In this document: positions 61,401 through 64,000 of the stretch, piece by piece
Numbering within the stretch: position 1 is the stretch's first letter
Layout of the letters: the number at the start of each line of letters is the position of its first letter
Origin: Macrostomum lignano
Lineage: Eukaryota
Length of the DNA: 64,000 nucleotides
Assembly: GCA_002269645.1 (NCBI GenBank)
Contig: NIVC01000467.1
Coordinates: 362,232 to 426,231 of the forward strand
Direction: 5' to 3'
Made by a program: the position numbers and the translations under genes
Notes under the pieces: generated by a model
What the model was told of the DNA's origin: nothing
Database searches by the model: none
The model's input: the letters and a program-made list of their open reading frames with translations, nothing else

Positions 61401-62576
61401 GGCCAATTTAGCTCCGACATTGCAGACTTCGTTGGGCAGCTGCTCAACGCCATCTTCGTCATCAACTAAACGCAATTGTTCAAAAATTTTGCGCATTTCT
61501 TGCAGTTTCTTTTTAGGCACAGAGTGCACATTGCGTTGGGCTAATTGGACAACATCGAATTTCCAATACGTATTCGCGTTCAGTTACTATGCTTAGATAA
61601 TTATGAGTAGCGGCCAGAGGTAAATATGATACAAACTCGCTCGTTTTAACATTTGTATTGTCGATAATGACAATGGGCTTGCGATCCAACATGCAACTGC
61701 TTACTAAAATTGGTAGTAGGTGCACAATAACTTCATGTAATTGGCTGGCTTTTATAGTAAAAAACAGGTTGAAATACCTCGAAACTACTACTGGTCATCT
61801 GATGATTCGGTTAGATACTCATTGCTCATTGAACTGGATACTACTGCAATACCTTGTACCGAAATGTCACGTACAAGTCGCTAAAAAGTTGTCAAAGAGT
61901 CATCTAAGAGTTCAATTTAAGGTGTTTTGTTGTCTGCGACTCCACTCTATTTAGTCTACTTAAGTCAGTAGAAAGTTGAGCACTAGCAGAACAATTCTTG
62001 GACGACTTTTTGGCGGCCCTAGAGTCGCTAGAGTCAATGGCGAGTTGTTTGCAATGACTCTTTAGCGATTCTGGTCACGTTAACATTTTGAATGGGATGC
62101 TTATTGAACTGGATACTACTTATTGCTTAATACAAGTGAGCATATGCTCACATCAATCTATACTTAAAAATAGATAAATTAGAAACTTTTGAAAAATAAG
62201 TTGCTTACCTTTATTTCTACATTGAACATGAGCATTTGAGATTAATGTTGGTTTGTAGTCATACTCTCCTGTTGGACTATAGAAATAATCATCTGCACTA
62301 CATATGCAACATGCATTGTTGCCAAATTCAGCCAAAATAGATCTAAAATTAAATTATTATACAATTATATTAATCAAATAGAAATCAATGTCAGTGTGTT
62401 AACTAATGCAAAAAAATATAAATCTATTTTAAACTTTCTTACTTTGCAAGTGTTGATTTTCCACTACCAGGCAAGCCTCTCAAGATAATAAGTAGGTTGT
62501 AATTCTGTCCAAGATACAATTCAATGATAGGTAATATTGGATGTCTGAATTTTTCTTGCTGCCCTTTTGATTCCAT
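58459..62576 (-). CDS. N4BP2: N4BP2-like protein (P-loop polynucleotide kinase, two CUE domains, DUF1771, Smr); exons 62576-62443, 62342-62209, 61703-61305, 60452-59850, 59457-58459; apparent +1 frameshift at ~61575-61578
   Basis: LIILRGLPGSGKSTLAK, CSADDYF, PIVIIDNTN, NTYWKFD..QLAQRNVHSVP, CUE-like LASIFPDFD..VL and LFRAFPGLS, and Smr LDLHGM..SEA...VITGHGKHS..GPVLRP. Junctions are GT-AG and phase-compatible apart from the one extra base. Confidence 0.88.
59570..59780. repeat. Degenerate ~32-bp repeat in N4BP2 intron 4
   Basis: GACACAACAGTCACAAAGCACATTCACCAGGT-like units. Confidence 0.8.
60535..61122. repeat. 24-bp quasi-palindromic minisatellite in N4BP2 intron 3 (ATGCATGATCATGTCTTTGATCAT)
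   Basis: Directly visible; source of the HAYDQR/CMIMSLII/MIKD spurious ORFs. Confidence 0.98.
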
Positions 62577-62855
62577 TGTGGCTATAGCTAGACAGGAAAG
62601 GGTTTGATATTATGATTGTCTTGTCAATAGTTTAAAAAGTTATAAACTTTACTCATCTGGAATTAAATGGCAAGTATATTGTATAAAAGCCAAAAATTCA
62701 TGTTAAAGTATAAACAAGAAATGTATAAAAGAATAATTTCACTTCTAAACATGTATAACATACATGCGCAACTTCTGAAATTACGCTGGCCTTGCGACTT
62801 AGTTTTCGATCAAAAATGCGACTTACCTATGTAAAAAAGCTAAACAAAGAATTGT

Positions 62856-62920
62856 GGGTAAACGGCAGGAGTAACTATGACCATATTTTAAAGGCTAAAT
62901 GCCTCGCCAGCTAATTAGTG
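62856..62920 (+). other. Degenerate 28S (LSU) rRNA fragment, H69-H71 region, copy 2
   Basis: GGGTAAACGGCAGGAGTAACTATGAC-CATATTTTAAAGGCT-AAATGCCTCGCCAGCTAATTAGTG against the recalled conserved LSU sequence: 25/26, 5/15 and 22/24 matches, no gaps. Confidence 0.88.
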
Positions 62921-63339
62921 CAGATTTCGTGGTTCTTACTACAGCTAATCAGTATATCATAGTGGCGGCCTGAGGCAATTAGTAATGATGACAATGAGTA
63001 AAGACATGTAATGACAAAAGTCATGATTCATGAATGTCTAGAAGTAAGTGAATTGAATACAGTGTGGCCTATAGCTCAAGAATAATTTCACTTGCTAGAC
63101 GATTTGGCATGGAAGATGAGAGCCCTGATTCAGATGGCTCATCAGATGCAGAATACAAATCCAGTAGAGATACAAGCTGTGAAAACCCACAGATTTTGAA
63201 ACCACTGAATTCCAATTTCCGGAACTATTTTGCATAGATTCTTAAATTTGAAAGTCATGCTCAAACAAAAACTAGTTAACAGTTAGGAAAAAGGCAAACA
63301 AGGATGGGAGTAAATGCATGTTAAATTAAGATTTGAGGC

Positions 63340-64000
63340 CTTTGCAAATTCTCTCCTTTCCTCAATCTTCTCATCCTCTTTTTCTTTTCTCTCTCATCCC
63401 TCATCCCTTCTCTCTTTCCTCTCCTCTCTCCTCTCTTCCTCCTCTCTTATCTCTTCTGTCTCCTGTCTACATTCTTATCTCTCCTCTCGTCTCTCTCCAC
63501 TTCACTCTACTCTCTCATCTTATCTCTCTCTCGTCTCTCTCCACTCAACTCTCTCATCTCATCTCTCCTCTCTTCTCTCTCTCTTATCTCTCCTCTCTTC
63601 ACTCTCCTCTATCTCCTCCTTATCCTCTCTTCTCTCGTCTACTCTCTTATCTCCTTCTTCTCTCCTCTTTCCTCTTTCCTCTCTTTTCTGATCTCATCCA
63701 TCATCATATCTTTCCTCTTTCCTCTCATCTCTCTCATCTCTCTCCTCCCTCAGCTTTTCTCTTCATCTTCTATCTTTTCTCCCATTGCATCGCTCGCCTC
63801 TCCTCTGTTTGCTTATCTCCAATCTTCTATTCCCTCTACTTTGAAGTAAGAAAATATGCACACATTTTTGCTGAAGATAAGAGGAGAGAAGAGGGCATTG
63901 AGGAGAAAGGGTAGAGAGAAAAGGGGAGAAAGGAGAGGGGAGAAGAGAGGAGAGTAAAAATGAAAGGAGAGAGAAGAGGGAAAAGGGGAGAGAGAGAAGA
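63340..64000. repeat. CT-rich then GA-rich low-complexity tract, probably part of the hAT-like MITE family; runs off the window
   Basis: Same texture as the MITE interiors at 13.3, 15.8 and 22.5 kb. Confidence 0.75.

Noticed and set aside
1-62576. Functional ubiquitin gene cluster (USP15-like, UCHL5, COMMD10, BTB, N4BP2 CUE)
   Set aside because: Ubiquitin-related genes are very common and these act in different pathways; no evidence of co-regulation.

Overview
Eukaryotic (metazoan-like) genomic DNA: AT-rich intergenic sequence, GC-richer exons, spliceosomal GT-AG introns and a very high minisatellite load. The organism cannot be identified from the sequence. Ten recognisable host genes are all on the minus strand: the USP4/11/15 N-terminus (runs off the left edge, missed by the ORF track), a divergent profilin, UCHL5, COMMD10, a BTB/POZ protein, a TMEM53/DUF829-like protein, BET1L, IDH3G, an 8-exon RPTOR, and a 5-exon N4BP2-like P-loop/CUE/Smr gene with an apparent 1-nt frameshift. 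A full-length ~9.9 kb Ty3/Gypsy LTR retrotransposon (25539-35484; 799-bp LTRs, TATG target-site duplication, tRNA-Leu PBS) lies on the plus strand, with a truncated second Gypsy fragment, tRNA-derived SINEs and several MITE families. The most unusual signals: (1) a ~50-bp-period array of degenerate 'LTR end + primer-binding site' units inside the LTR U5 region; (2) two 64-65 nt cassettes matching the 28S rRNA H69-H71 region, altered mainly at the R2/I-PpoI target site, flanking the N4BP2-like gene; (3) strongly CpG-biased decay of the retrotransposon; (4) a non-env third ORF with its own promoter-like motifs; (5) a different minisatellite in every RPTOR intron. All family assignments come from motif recognition by eye; no database searches were run.
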